Of a stretch of 64,000 nt of DNA, positions 50,026 through 61,164 are shown one piece after another. The position numbers were made by a program, and so were the translations under genes. The notes under the pieces were generated by a model. It did not search any database. It was not told the DNA's origin and saw nothing but the letters and a program-made list of their open reading frames with translations. This DNA is from an uncultured virus (IMG/VR IMGVR_UViG_2912869438_000005) (Duplodnaviria > Heunggongvirae > Uroviricota > Caudoviricetes): IMG/VR virus record IMGVR_UViG_2912869438_000005, positions 62,001-126,000 of that record, one strand, 5' to 3'. How positions within the stretch are numbered: position 1 is the stretch's first letter; each line of letters opens with the position of its first letter.

Positions 50026-53000
50026 CGAAATTATGATTCAAAAAGACGGGAAGTTTCAATTCGAGAAGGACAGGGAAGCTGTACACAGTTATTTTGTTGA
50101 CTATGTTAATCAAAACACTGTCTTCTTTCACGATCTCAAAGAAAAACTGGACTATCTTTTAGAGAATGATTATTACGAAGAAGAGTTTTTAAGCAAATAT
50201 ACCTTTGCACAGATTAAAGAAGTGTTCAAATTGGCGTATAGCTTCAAATTCAGATTCCCTTCATTCATGAGTGCATTCAAGTTTTACAATGACTATGCCT
50301 TGAAGACAAACGATAAAACGAAAATTCTTGAACGATATGAAGATCGAGTGAGTATTGTTGCTTTGTTTTTCGCCAATGGAGATGCTGAAAAAGCAAAAGA
50401 ATTCACTTCACTTATGATGAAACAGGAATATCAACCATCAACACCTACTTTTCTTAATGCAGGACGAAAAAGAAGAGGTGAAATGGTTAGCTGCTTCTTA
50501 CTCGAAGTTAATGATTCATTGAATGACATTTCTAGAGCAGTTGATATTTCAATGCAGTTATCTAAACTCGGAGGCGGAGTCGCGCTTAATTTAAGCAAGA
50601 TTAGAGCAAAGGGAGAACCAATTAAAGACGTCGAAAATGCCACTAAAGGCGTTGTAGGTGTAATGAAGCTGCTTGACAACGCGTTCCGCTATGCAGATCA
50701 AATGGGTTAATTTGGCCCCTTTCGTCAGTAATGGCGATCGAAAACCTCTTTAATTGCTGGGAACTCCTTATAGGACAATCAGCAGCGAAGCCTCATTCGA
50801 GGAACGTTCAACGACTAGGCAAAAGCCGTAGGCTACAAGCGATTGGTAGTCGAAACTGGAGGCATCCCAATGGGATGAAGATATAGTCTAATCTTCGTGG
50901 TAACATGAAGCTGCCGAAAGGCGGGGCGTGTGTAGCGAACACGTCCGAATAGTCTGCAAAGACAAGGGTCAGGAGCTGCTTATCTTAACGTATTTCACCC
51001 GGACATCAACGATTTCCTTGATACGAAAAAAATCTCAGCAGATGAGGATGTTAGGGCAAAAACATTATCAATTGGTGTAGTTATTCCAGATAAATTTATT
51101 GAGCTTGCTAGGGAAGATAAAGACTTCTACATGTTCTATCCTTATTCAGTTTATAAGGAATACGGGCAACATTTAGACGAAATGGATATTGCAAAAATGT
51201 ATGATGAACTGGTCGAAAACCCAAATGTCAGAAAGAAAAAAGCGAATGCTCGTAAACTATTAGAAAAGCTTGCAATCTTACGATCAGAATCGGGTTATCC
51301 TTACCTGATGTTTGCCGACAATGTAAACCGATTCCACGCTAACAGTCATGTTTCGAAGGTTAAATTTTCTAACTTGTGTGTGACGGGAGATACTCTTCTT
51401 TTAACCGAAAATGGGTACGAAAAAGCCTCAGATCTTTATAAAAGTCAAAAAGATTTAAGGGTCGTTATTGACAATCGGACAAAACGGTTTGACAAGGATT
51501 GTAAAGGGACTTCAATTGTGAATGCGATACCTATGCAGCTAACTAAAAAGGACGCAGGTGTTTTTAAAGTTAAAACTAAGCAAGGATTTGAAATCAGAGC
51601 AACAGAGTGGCACAAGTTTTATGTTAAACGAAATAACGAAATACAGAAACTTCAGCTTAACCAACTTGTTCCGGGGGACAAACTACTGATTCAGTCAGGT
51701 GAAGGGGCATATGGGAATATTCATGAACCTGATCTCGCATATATCATGGGGATTATAGCTGGGGATGGAACCATAACAGATAAGACAGCGAAGATTTATT
51801 TATATGACAATAAAAAGGTGTTGGAACAAAAGGTTAAAGAGAGTGTTCATCTTGTAATTAATAGACATAAAATTAATCGTGTTTATAAGCACAACACTTC
51901 TTTTACTCCAAAATTTAATGCTGCTGATCCAGAGAAACAAGATTTATTATTTATGTCTAGTACAGTGCTCTTTGACATTTTAAATAAATATGGAATGACA
52001 AAAGATACAAAAACAAGAGTTCCAGAGTTCTTATATCAAGCTGACAAGGAAACACAAGCAGCTTATTTGTCTGGATTGTTTCAAACGGATGGTTGTGTAA
52101 ATGCCAATCATAAAGCGAAGGCACTAACAATTGAATTAACATCAGTTGATTTTGAGAGTTTGCAAGATGTGCAAAAGTTACTCATTAATATGGGAGTATA
52201 TACAACCATTTATACCAATAACAAACGCTCACAGGAGCTTCTCCCTGATGGCCGGGGCGGTTCCAAATTATACAAAGTTAAACCAACTCACAAGCTTAGT
52301 ATTCAGGACAGAGCGTCGAGAGAATTGTTCATGAGCATTGTTAATTTGAAAGAATATGATAAGTACAAATTCAACATGTTGACTGAAACATTGCAAGCAA
52401 AATCACGAAAGCCAAAACATGATTTCACAGCCGAAATTATCAGCATTGAAAAAGATGGGGTAGAGGATGTCTATGACACAACACAAGAAGATTATCATTC
52501 TCTAATTTTTAATGGAATTGTAACTGGTAACTGTTCAGAAGTCCTTCAGGCTTCCCAAGTATCGTCTTACACCGATTACGGAGAAGAGGACGAAATTGGC
52601 TTGGACATTTCATGTAATCTAGGCTCGATTAATATCTTCAACGTCATGAAGAACGATTCAATTAAGAATACAGTTAAATTAGCTATTGATGCATTGACTC
52701 ATGTATCGAATAAAACCAATATTACAAATGCTCCAGCAGTTGCTAAGGCAAATAAGCTTATGAGGTCAGTTGGGCTTGGAGCAATGAATCTGCACGGTTT
52801 CTTAGCTCAAAATGGTATTGCCTACGAAAGTGAGGAAGCGAGGGACTTCGCGAACACTTTCTTTATGATGATGAACTTTTATTCTCTTGAGCGTTCAATG
52901 GAAATCGCCAAAGAAGCCGGGGAAACATATTACCAGTTTGAAGGCTCTACATACAAATCAGGTGAATATTTCAAGAAATACGAAGAACAAAGCTTTAGTC

Positions 53001-53491
53001 CAAAGTTTGAAAAGGTAAAAAAACTGTTTGGGCAACAGCATATTCCAACAATTGAAGATTGGAAGCAGCTTAAACAAGCTGTGATGAAGTATGGCTTATA
53101 TCATTCTTATAGACAAGCAATAGCTCCTACAGGAAGCATCTCATATGTTCAATCCTCAACAGCTGGTGTCATGCCGATCATGGAGCGGATTGAAGAAAGA
53201 ACATACGGCAACTCCAAGACGTATTATCCGATGCCTGGACTTGCGCCGAGCAACTGGTTCTACTATAAAGAAGCGTATGATATGGACATGTTCAGAGTTG
53301 TCGACATGATCTCGACGATTCAGCAGCACGTTGACCAAGGCATAAGCTTTACATTGTTCCTGAAAGATACAATGACGACACGCGATCTGAACCGAATTGA
53401 CTTGTACGCTCATCACAAAGGGATCAAGACGTTGTACTATGCGCGGACAAAAGACACGGGGCAGGAAGGCTGCCTATCATGTGTGGTTTAA
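49982..53491 (+). CDS. nrdE: class Ib ribonucleotide reductase alpha subunit, join(49982..50707, 50957..53491), contains an intein
   Basis: PSTPTFLNAG, VSCFLL; spliced junction YADQMG-QRQGSGAAYL; SNL-C / CSE; C-terminal CLSCVV. Confidence 0.95.
50708..50956 (+). ncRNA. group I intron in nrdE (249 nt, no ORF)
   Basis: GGU/UAA 5' site, GACUA / GAAGAUAUAGUCU core, terminal G, exons rejoin in frame. Confidence 0.92.
51377..52531 (+). mobile_element. intein in NrdE (385 aa) with LAGLIDADG endonuclease
   Basis: Starts CVTGDTLLLT and ends IVTGN before the extein Cys; IMGIIAGDG and LSGLFQTDG motifs. Confidence 0.93.
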
Positions 53492-54142
53492 ATGTGAGTT
53501 ATCAGATACATTGTGCGCAAGGGAGCAAGGTAAGGTGCCTATACATAGATGTGTTTAGATTTCGCATCCTTACAGTTTATAGTGACACGGAGTGGTACAC
53601 AAAAGGAAAAACAAGAAAAGTTCCAGTGTGGATCAGCGATAATGGACTCTTCTTTTACAGGTTAGCTATCCGGATAGGGATTCCAAAAACAAAAAGGAGG
53701 TGTTTTGATGATTAATTTTACAAGCAAAGTTTTAGAAATTGCTACGCATTTTTCAGTGTTTTTAATTGTATTTTTAGGTTGTTTAACTACCGTAATCATT
53801 CTCTTATGTCCAATTTGGCTACTGTTAAACAACATATTATACAAACGGACAAAAGCGTCTATTTATTTTGTATCTTACATTAAAAACAGACATGCGTTTA
53901 TGGAGTGGAAGAAAGAGAAAAAGACCAAGGTCTATAAGCCATCAATTAAAAAATAAAGAGGTGCAGATGTGCGGAAGGTTAAAATCGAGGGCTACGTGAT
54001 TTACAACGAGGACGAATTAATTCAAGGAACGTGTGTGACGCATGAAATCGATCATTGGTTATTCAACGAAGATATTCCTCGCGAATGGTCTTTCAGTGCT
54101 GTATCAGACGAGGAAGTAGATTATGACGAGGAGGACGAATAA
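53479..54142 (+). CDS. three small ORFs between nrdE and nrdF (53479..53715, 53705..53956, 53969..54142)
   Basis: ORF track plus a 57-aa acidic GTG-start ORF ending 1 bp before nrdF. Confidence 0.6.
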
Positions 54143-55114
54143 TTGACGCAATATACAGCGGCCAACTGGTCGCAGCACGAAGACGGATTCACACAAATGT
54201 TTTATGAACAGAACGTTAAGCAGTTTTGGCTCCCTGAAGAGATCGCACTTAACGGAGATTTGCTTACATGGGAATACTTAGGGAAAGATGAACAAGATAC
54301 ATATATGAAAGTGTTGGCCGGATTAACCTTACTAGACACAGAACAAGGGAATACTGGTATGCCTACAATCGCTGAGCATGTGAAAGGGCATCAGCGCAAA
54401 GCCGTCCTGAATTTCATGGCGATGATGGAGAACGCAGTCCACGCTAAGTCATACAGCAATATCTTTCTCACTTTAGCTCAGATGGAAACAATTAATGAAG
54501 TCTTTGAATGGGTTAAAAACAATAAGTATCTGCAGAAGAAAGCAAATATTATTGTTTCTGTATACAAACAAATTAAAAGTGATAATGAATTGTTGTTGTA
54601 TAAAGGAATGGTTGCATCTGTATTGCTTGAAAGCTTCCTGTTTTATTCAGGATTTTATTATCCATTGTATTTTTATGGTCAGGGGAAGTTAATGAACAGC
54701 GGAGAAATCATTAATTTGATAATTCGTGACGAGGCACTTCACGGTGTATACACAGGATTGTTGGCTCAGGAAATCTATAATAAACAAACTGAAATCAAGA
54801 AAAAAGAATTGTATGAATGGGTTATTAACTTGCTGCTCGATCTATATGAAAATGAGCTTGAGTATACCGAAGATGTATATGATCAAGTTGGGCTAACTCA
54901 TGATGTAAAAAAGTTTATACGATATAACGCAAATAAAGCCTTAAATAATTTGGGCTTCGACCATTATTTTTATGAAGAAGAAATTAACCCAGTTGTGTTG
55001 AACGGATTGAGTACAAAAACTAAATCTATGGACTTCTTTAGTCAAAAGGGGAATTCTTACAGGAAGGCTACTGCTGAAGCCTTAAAAGATGAGGATTTTT
55101 ACTTTGGGGATTGA
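54143..55114 (+). CDS. nrdF: class Ib ribonucleotide reductase beta subunit, uninterrupted
   Basis: [43 protein letters not shown]. Confidence 0.96.
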   Translation: MTQYTAANWSQHEDGFTQMFYEQNVKQFWLPEEIALNGDLLTWEYLGKDEQDTYMKVLAGLTLLDTEQGNTGMPTIAEHVKGHQRKAVLNFMAMMENAVHAKSYSNIFLTLAQMETINEVFEWVKNNKYLQKKANIIVSVYKQIKSDNELLLYKGMVASVLLESFLFYSGFYYPLYFYGQGKLMNSGEIINLIIRDEALHGVYTGLLAQEIYNKQTEIKKKELYEWVINLLLDLYENELEYTEDVYDQVGLTHDVKKFIRYNANKALNNLGFDHYFYEEEINPVVLNGLSTKTKSMDFFSQKGNSYRKATAEALKDEDFYFGD

Positions 55115-55823
55115 AAAAGAACTAGTCGGAAGTGTGTTCTCAAATAACCATGGTCAGAAATATAAGGTTCTACGGGTAAATGGGCAAAAGAAAAACGGAA
55201 CAAAATTGTTTAGAATACGATTCATAAAAACCGGATATGAACGAGATGTAGAAAAAGTTGAAATAATTCGTGGAAAAATAAAAGACCGATATGAACGATC
55301 TGTGTTTGGAGTTGGATATCTTGGTGACGCAAAGATGTCAGATGTGAAAAATGTATACTCCGTTTGGAAGGGGATGCTAGAACGTTGTTACGATCGTAGT
55401 TGCTCACAGTATTCTAACTATGGCGGTTCAGGGATTAGAGTTTGTGAGAGATGGTATTGTTTCAAGAATTTTCTCGAAGATGTTTCAAAGATAGAAGGAT
55501 ATGATGAGGATCTTTTCAATAACCGAAAGCTCTTTCTCGACAAAGACATAAAACAGCAAAGAACACCGAAAAGCCAAAAGATTTATTCCCTGGAAACTTG
55601 TTGCTTTGTCACTAGGGAAGTCAATAATGCTTATCGAGATTTACCGAATACTCGTGTCCACTTTATAGCTAAATCCCCTGATGGTGAAATTATACGAGCA
55701 GAAGGACTTCGTCCTTTCTCTGAAAAATACGGACTGCATCGCCCAATAATAAAGAAATGTTTACGAGGGGAACGCTCGAACTATAACGGATGGACTTTTA
55801 AACTGATTAAGGAATCGAATTGA
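55089..55823 (+). CDS. free-standing HNH-like homing endonuclease
   Basis: [38 protein letters not shown]...[10 protein letters not shown]-terminal NUMOD-like DNA-binding segment. Confidence 0.8.
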   Translation: MRIFTLGIEKELVGSVFSNNHGQKYKVLRVNGQKKNGTKLFRIRFIKTGYERDVEKVEIIRGKIKDRYERSVFGVGYLGDAKMSDVKNVYSVWKGMLERCYDRSCSQYSNYGGSGIRVCERWYCFKNFLEDVSKIEGYDEDLFNNRKLFLDKDIKQQRTPKSQKIYSLETCCFVTREVNNAYRDLPNTRVHFIAKSPDGEIIRAEGLRPFSEKYGLHRPIIKKCLRGERSNYNGWTFKLIKESN

Positions 55824-55860
55824 AAAAACAAAAGCGCTTAAAGCAAAAGGAGGTATCACT

Positions 55861-56115
55861 ATGATGAAATTAATCAAATTAGAACAGCCTTCATGCACCC
55901 CTTGTCAATTAGTCTCTAATTATCTAAAAGAAAAAGGGATTGAATTTGAGGCGATTGATGTTACTGTACGGCCAGAAGTAGCAGCAGAGTATGGAGTGAT
56001 GGGAGTTCCCGTCACTATCCTACTCGATGGAGAAGGTAAAGAAGTAAAACGCAGCAGCGGTTTTAAGCCAAATGAATTAGATGAATTAATTTTTAAAATC
56101 GAAAACTATAAATAA
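55861..56115 (+). CDS. thioredoxin / NrdH-like redoxin (YosR-like)
   Basis: CTPC motif, GVPV. Confidence 0.9.
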   Translation: MMKLIKLEQPSCTPCQLVSNYLKEKGIEFEAIDVTVRPEVAAEYGVMGVPVTILLDGEGKEVKRSSGFKPNELDELIFKIENYK

Positions 56116-56152
56116 TGGGGTTTTTTTAATGAGAATTAAAAGGGGAGATTGA

Positions 56153-56539
56153 ATGTATTTCATTGAAAAACAAGAAGAATTAATCGGAAAAGAAATTGCT
56201 TATGTCTGGGCAAATCAGTTTTGTGAACAAACAACTATCATTACAAAAGATAAAGGTGTATTTATGGTTTGCCAAGAAGTTGGCTGGGACGATGGAGATA
56301 AAGAGACAAGAGTATTTTATGCACATGAAGCCAAGGAAATATTATATCCTCTTAGAAGAGAATTGCATACAAAAGGAATCATTGACGAATCTGAGTGGGG
56401 AGAATATGAAAAAGAATTGAAAAAGAAACAGGAAGCTGAAAGGGAAAGATTCCGTAAAAAACAAGAAGAAAGAGAACGTAAACAGTATGAGGAGTTGAAA
56501 GCAAAGTTTGAAAATCAGGCAGAGCCAATTAAGGATTAG
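56153..56539 (+). CDS. hypothetical phage protein (128 aa)
   Basis: ORF with RBS. Confidence 0.75.
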   Translation: MYFIEKQEELIGKEIAYVWANQFCEQTTIITKDKGVFMVCQEVGWDDGDKETRVFYAHEAKEILYPLRRELHTKGIIDESEWGEYEKELKKKQEAERERFRKKQEERERKQYEELKAKFENQAEPIKD

Positions 56540-56867
56540 GGGGAATAAATAATATCTAAGTGGAAAGTTGATTTTTTTATTGAAGAATTAACCGATCTTG
56601 ATTTTTTTTATCCAACTACTGTAAGCTCGCACACTAACTTAGATTTGGATATTGTATTTGAAAGACTTATGGAATTAACGCTTGATTGCAAACTAACATT
56701 GAAGTTTGAATGGAGGACAGAGGAAGGCACTAAGATTCTTGATTTGGATAGAATCAATAATTTATTTAAATTAAAGAGGCATGATCAAATACCTCTACAT
56801 GAATTATATCCTGTGTTCCAAATTTCCGAAGAATATAAAAGACACTTAAATAAAAGGAGCTTGAAAA

Positions 56868-57302
56868 ATGACACTACAAATCAAAATCAAATATGCAGAC
56901 GAAAAACAAACGCGCATTTCAAAAATCGAACAGGGTGATTGGATTGATCTGAGGGCTGCGGAAGATGTATCTATTCCAAAGAATGAGTTTCAATTGATTC
57001 CTCTCGGAGTAGCGATGGAATTGCCTGAAGGGTATGAAGCCCATGTCGTTCCTCGTTCAAGTACATATAAAAATTTCGGTATCATTCAGACAAATTCAAT
57101 GGGTGTGATTGATGAGTCATACAAAGGGGACGATGATTTCTGGTTCTTCCCAGCTTATGCGCTACGAGATACTGAAATTAAAAAAGGAGATCGGATTTGT
57201 CAATTCAGAATTATGAAGAAGATGCCTGCAATTGAATTGGTCGAGGTAGATCATTTAGGTAACGAAAATCGCGGAGGGCACGGTTCAACGGGCACTAAGT
57301 AA
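56868..57302 (+). CDS. dut: dUTPase
   Basis: [30 protein letters not shown]. Confidence 0.95.
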   Translation: MTLQIKIKYADEKQTRISKIEQGDWIDLRAAEDVSIPKNEFQLIPLGVAMELPEGYEAHVVPRSSTYKNFGIIQTNSMGVIDESYKGDDDFWFFPAYALRDTEIKKGDRICQFRIMKKMPAIELVEVDHLGNENRGGHGSTGTK

Positions 57303-57397
57303 TTTATTAATTCCTAGATAATGAGGATCTCTTTATCCTGAAACTTTGATAAAGCATTAACGTATTACATTATAGTGGAAATAAGGAGGTTGCTTAT

Positions 57398-57580
57398 ATG
57401 GGATTAAATTTCTTTAATATAGAGCTAATATGCTCTAACTGCGGAAAAACATTAAAATCAGGCGATGAGATAGTAGCTCATATTACACTTCCAAGTGAGA
57501 AGAAGATGCCTGTGGGGAGAATGGACAGAGTGTTAAGCAAACACTCTGATAAGGTTTACTGTAAAAAGTGTAGCGAGTAG
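57398..57580 (+). CDS. small Zn-finger protein
   Basis: CSNC...YCKKC; AAGGAGGT RBS; terminator hairpin at about 57583-57615. Confidence 0.7.
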   Translation: MGLNFFNIELICSNCGKTLKSGDEIVAHITLPSEKKMPVGRMDRVLSKHSDKVYCKKCSE

Positions 57581-57625
57581 ATTTTCTGAGGAAGCCCATT
57601 AAAGCTTCCTCAGAACTAATATTAA

Positions 57626-57790
57626 TCAATTTAAATTAGAGAAAAGCGAAATAGTAATGACTAAAGTTGATAAAGAGCCTAAAGACATCAAAGAGATCAT
57701 TTTTCGTTTACTTTGCTCTTTTGAAGGTTTACTTAGCTCGTGGATGACTGCACCCCATAAAAGCATGGATGCCAAAATGATAATACTCAT
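57626..57790 (-). CDS. 54-aa two-TM protein (not in ORF track)
   Basis: MSIIILASMLLWGAVIHELSKPSKEQSKRKMISLMSLGSLSTLVITISLFSNLN; converges on the terminator. Confidence 0.6.
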   Translation of the reverse strand: MSIIILASMLLWGAVIHELSKPSKEQSKRKMISLMSLGSLSTLVITISLFSNLN

Positions 57791-57891
57791 GTCTAACGGA
57801 GCTCCTTTACTTATTTTTTATAATTTTACCACATATAGGACAGAGATGCCGATCTAATAAACATCGCTATAAAAGAAGACTTTTATCGTAA

Positions 57892-58197
57892 TTGTTAAGG
57901 AGGTGCAAAATGAAGAAGATAGATGAAATAAAGCAACACTTAGAAAAAATTAATAAGCTAGAACAAACATTGGCTGTTTTTGAGGAGTCAGACGAATTAC
58001 ACCTTGACGTGCTTCATAAAATCCAGGGGGAATTTGATGAGATCAGTGATTTAGCTTTGAACGCTTTTCGAGAATTAACTGAAAAAATACGCAATGTAGG
58101 AAGCAAAACAATCAACAATAAAATTAAAGCTTTACCCAATACAGTACAGAAAAGTGTCAAGGAGAATATGGATGAACTAATAAATGAATTAAAATGA
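57892..58197 (+). CDS. hypothetical coiled-coil protein (likely start 57910)
   Basis: AAGGAGGTG RBS. Confidence 0.7.
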   Translation: MLRRCKMKKIDEIKQHLEKINKLEQTLAVFEESDELHLDVLHKIQGEFDEISDLALNAFRELTEKIRNVGSKTINNKIKALPNTVQKSVKENMDELINELK

Positions 58198-58198
58198 G

Positions 58199-59050
58199 GT
58201 GAGTAATATAGTTAACACTGCGGATACAGTTTTAAAATCAAATTTATATAAAATACTGTCCGAAGGCAAATCGGATAAAGGGCAAAAGATTCGACCTAAG
58301 TGGTCTGATGATACGCCAGCTTATACATTAAAATGCTTTGGAGTGTTGAATGAATATGATTTACAGAAAGAATTCCCTATTGCTACTCTAAGGCCAACGG
58401 CTTTTAAATCAGGGTTAAAAGAAATTCTCTGGATATACCAAGATAAATCAAACGATGTTCAGTTGCTTGAAGAAAAATATGGAGTTAAATATTGGCGTAG
58501 CTGGGCTAATGAAGATGGCAATTTAGGGTTAGCTTATGGGAGACAGATGCAGTATGAGCACAAATACAAAGAAGGATACTTTAACCAGATTGACAGGTTG
58601 ATTTGGGATCTGAAAAACAACCCATACAGCAGACGAATCATTACAAATTTGTATAATCATCAAGATCTTCATGGAATGACGTTATATCCATGCGCTTTCT
58701 TGACAATGTGGGATTATGACGGAGAATTTTTAAACATGACCCTTGTCCAACGCTCGTCAGATTATCTTGTAGCAGGGAACATCAATGTAACTCAATATGC
58801 GTTATTACAGCATATGATTGCACAAGTTTGTGGTTATAAGCCAGGGAAATTTCATCATTATATTAACAACTTACATATCTATGACCGACATATCGAACAA
58901 GCCAAAGAAATTATTAACCGCGAATCCTTGGCAGCACCAAAGTTAGTAATGGATAATTCAATAAAGAATTTTTATGACTATAAACCTGAACACTTCACTC
59001 TAGAAGGATATAAGCCGCATACACAAATCAAACTTGAGGTAGCCTTATAA
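58199..59050 (+). CDS. thyA: thymidylate synthase
   Basis: EILWI, AYGRQ, SRRII, LYPCAF, QRSSD, NLHIYDRH. Confidence 0.95.
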   Translation: MSNIVNTADTVLKSNLYKILSEGKSDKGQKIRPKWSDDTPAYTLKCFGVLNEYDLQKEFPIATLRPTAFKSGLKEILWIYQDKSNDVQLLEEKYGVKYWRSWANEDGNLGLAYGRQMQYEHKYKEGYFNQIDRLIWDLKNNPYSRRIITNLYNHQDLHGMTLYPCAFLTMWDYDGEFLNMTLVQRSSDYLVAGNINVTQYALLQHMIAQVCGYKPGKFHHYINNLHIYDRHIEQAKEIINRESLAAPKLVMDNSIKNFYDYKPEHFTLEGYKPHTQIKLEVAL

Positions 59051-59066
59051 AGAATGTAGAAAACAA

Positions 59067-59095
59067 TAGACAAACACAAATTAAAAGTATATAAT
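59067..59095 (+). promoter_or_regulatory. repeated sigma-A promoter with AATTAAAAG operator (copy 4)
   Basis: TAGACA-aacacaaattaaaagta-TATAAT, identical to copy 3. Confidence 0.85.
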
Positions 59096-59203
59096 CAGGG
59101 TGAGGTCGTTACTCACCCTTTTTCTGTGGGATACCTGGCAAAGGGGATGATTCATTTAGAAAAAATAAAACACAAATTAAAAGTAATTTGAGGAGGTGAG
59201 GAA

Positions 59204-60103
59204 TTGAGTTCAGAAGCAAGTGACGCGCATAAGATTGATCTGGCAGCAAAAAAAGTTGAATTAGAAAAGGAAAGTGAAATACTTCAAGGGAAAATACTCG
59301 AAAAGGAACGTGACATACTACGACTCGAGACTGAACAGGATAAAGAGCAGCTTGATCTATTGCTTGAAATGAGTAAAGTTCTTCAGCAAATTGAAAATAA
59401 GAACTGGGTTAGTGCAACAATAGCTTTTAAGATTATTAGAAGTAATCCAGGCAAATATTTTGATCTATTTAAAATGAAAGACGGTAAAGCGTACATAGTA
59501 AATAAAAGATTCAAAGAATTAGATCATGAGTTTTTCATATTAAAGGGTGAATTAAATGAGATATAAAGTACATATCAAGGATTTTTGTGCATTGGTCAGT
59601 GAAGGTCAGTTAGAAACTGAACAGATTTACTTGTGTCACGAGGGGCATTTGTTCGAGAAACCAGGTTATAAACAAGTTAAACAAATCAATGGATTTGAAA
59701 AAGAGATTGCAGTATGCCCTATTTGTGGATGCGGCAAATCGTTTTACAGTGAATTTCAAGTTAAACAAAACAACGGAAGTAGCTAAATGGAGGCGGTAAA
59801 ATGAGCGAGCGTTATTTTAATTTCAGTCTAGCGGATACGAATAAACAACTACGAGAGGTCAACGAATTAGCAGCGAAAAAGGTTGCTGAGTTTCAAGATT
59901 TTAGTTCTAAAGTTGAAAGGGTAGTCGAATATAACGAAATTTTGCTCTGCACTATTGCTGGATTGATTGCAGAAAACGAGCGATTGAAGAAGGCATTAAA
60001 ATTAATTGAATCGAAGTCAGAGCTTCCCGAAAAGCCAGTCGATTTAGTTCCGATTACTGATCTGTTCGAAATAAATTTACACGCGAAGGAGGCGCTAAAA
60101 TGA
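59204..60103 (+). CDS. three small hypothetical genes (59204..59566, 59556..59786, 59801..60103)
   Basis: Co-oriented ORFs with RBSs. Confidence 0.7.
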
Positions 60104-61164
60104 GCGAAATTAAAAAGTATGTGCGGATTTTGAAGGCGGGTAAACCTTCGTACTGGTATGTGAATCAGATTGATCGGATGTTTGAGTTCGAAAGAGAAGG
60201 AAAATTCACGTACAAAATACGAGAAGAAGACGGTAGTTTAGCAGTAATACGAAAAGAAGACGCCGAACTTATCGTCACAGAAAAGCGTCCGGCCAAAGTT
60301 GGCGAGCGAATTCTGATTGTTAATGCTGAATTGGGTACGTATAACAACGGACAAATTCACAAGGTTCATAAATGCGTAAGTGCGTCGAGCGATAATAACG
60401 AACACATTGTAACTGACGCAGGGTTTGTATTCTGGACTTCAGAATACGAAGTCATCGTAAATAACGAAGTTAAAAACGAGGAGGATGACGAAGTGGAGAT
60501 CGATTTGGACGCAATGGGATACGATGAACTAATCGAGCATGGAGAAGCGGTTATGAGGGCGATCAGACTGCGCTCTTATGGCGAAGGTTATAAGCAAGGA
60601 AAATTCGATGCGGTCATGGATGCAACACATTCTCCGGAAAAAGAAGAATTGCCATATGAATTTTCCGACGAGGATATCGAATTAGCGATTAAGGAGGCTC
60701 GAAGATATCTCGCGCAAGAACGCCGGGATGAAATCGTCGAGCAGGCGAAGGCGGACGTATCGGATTTAATCAACAGAGACATCGGACATGATCACGAATT
60801 CATCGTAAACACCGAAAAAAGAACCGTCGTGGTTTTGAGAAAGCTGAGAGGATGTACGAACATAGTCCGCAGAGGAATCGCCAAGGCCGCACCGGACGAT
60901 TGCTTCAACGTCCATATCGGAGAAGCCATCGCTCTTCATCGCGCACTTGGACTCGAAGTACCTGACGAATATCTTAACGCGCCGCAGCCGACTGAGGTTC
61001 GTGTGGGCGACATTGTAATGCACACCGTAACTTCAGAAATTGCACCAGTAATTTCTGATGATGATTGGCCGCCGCTAACAGGCGATTATGTCTATCACAA
61101 GGATGTTGAAGCCGCGCGTCGTTATGCCCTCATTATTGACGACAGTCGGACGGAGGCGATTTAG
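60100..61164 (+). CDS. modular hypothetical phage protein (354 aa)
   Basis: Long ORF; GIAKAAPDDCFNVHIGEAIALHRA motif seen in phage proteins. Confidence 0.75.
   Translation: MSEIKKYVRILKAGKPSYWYVNQIDRMFEFEREGKFTYKIREEDGSLAVIRKEDAELIVTEKRPAKVGERILIVNAELGTYNNGQIHKVHKCVSASSDNNEHIVTDAGFVFWTSEYEVIVNNEVKNEEDDEVEIDLDAMGYDELIEHGEAVMRAIRLRSYGEGYKQGKFDAVMDATHSPEKEELPYEFSDEDIELAIKEARRYLAQERRDEIVEQAKADVSDLINRDIGHDHEFIVNTEKRTVVVLRKLRGCTNIVRRGIAKAAPDDCFNVHIGEAIALHRALGLEVPDEYLNAPQPTEVRVGDIVMHTVTSEIAPVISDDDWPPLTGDYVYHKDVEAARRYALIIDDSRTEAI

Noticed and set aside
50708..51130. nrdE truncated at 50710
   Set aside because: The TAA is inside the intron; exon 2 resumes at 50957
57657..57857. Plus-strand 66-aa ORF
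   Set aside because: No good RBS; better explained as the shadow of the minus-strand two-TM ORF 57626..57790
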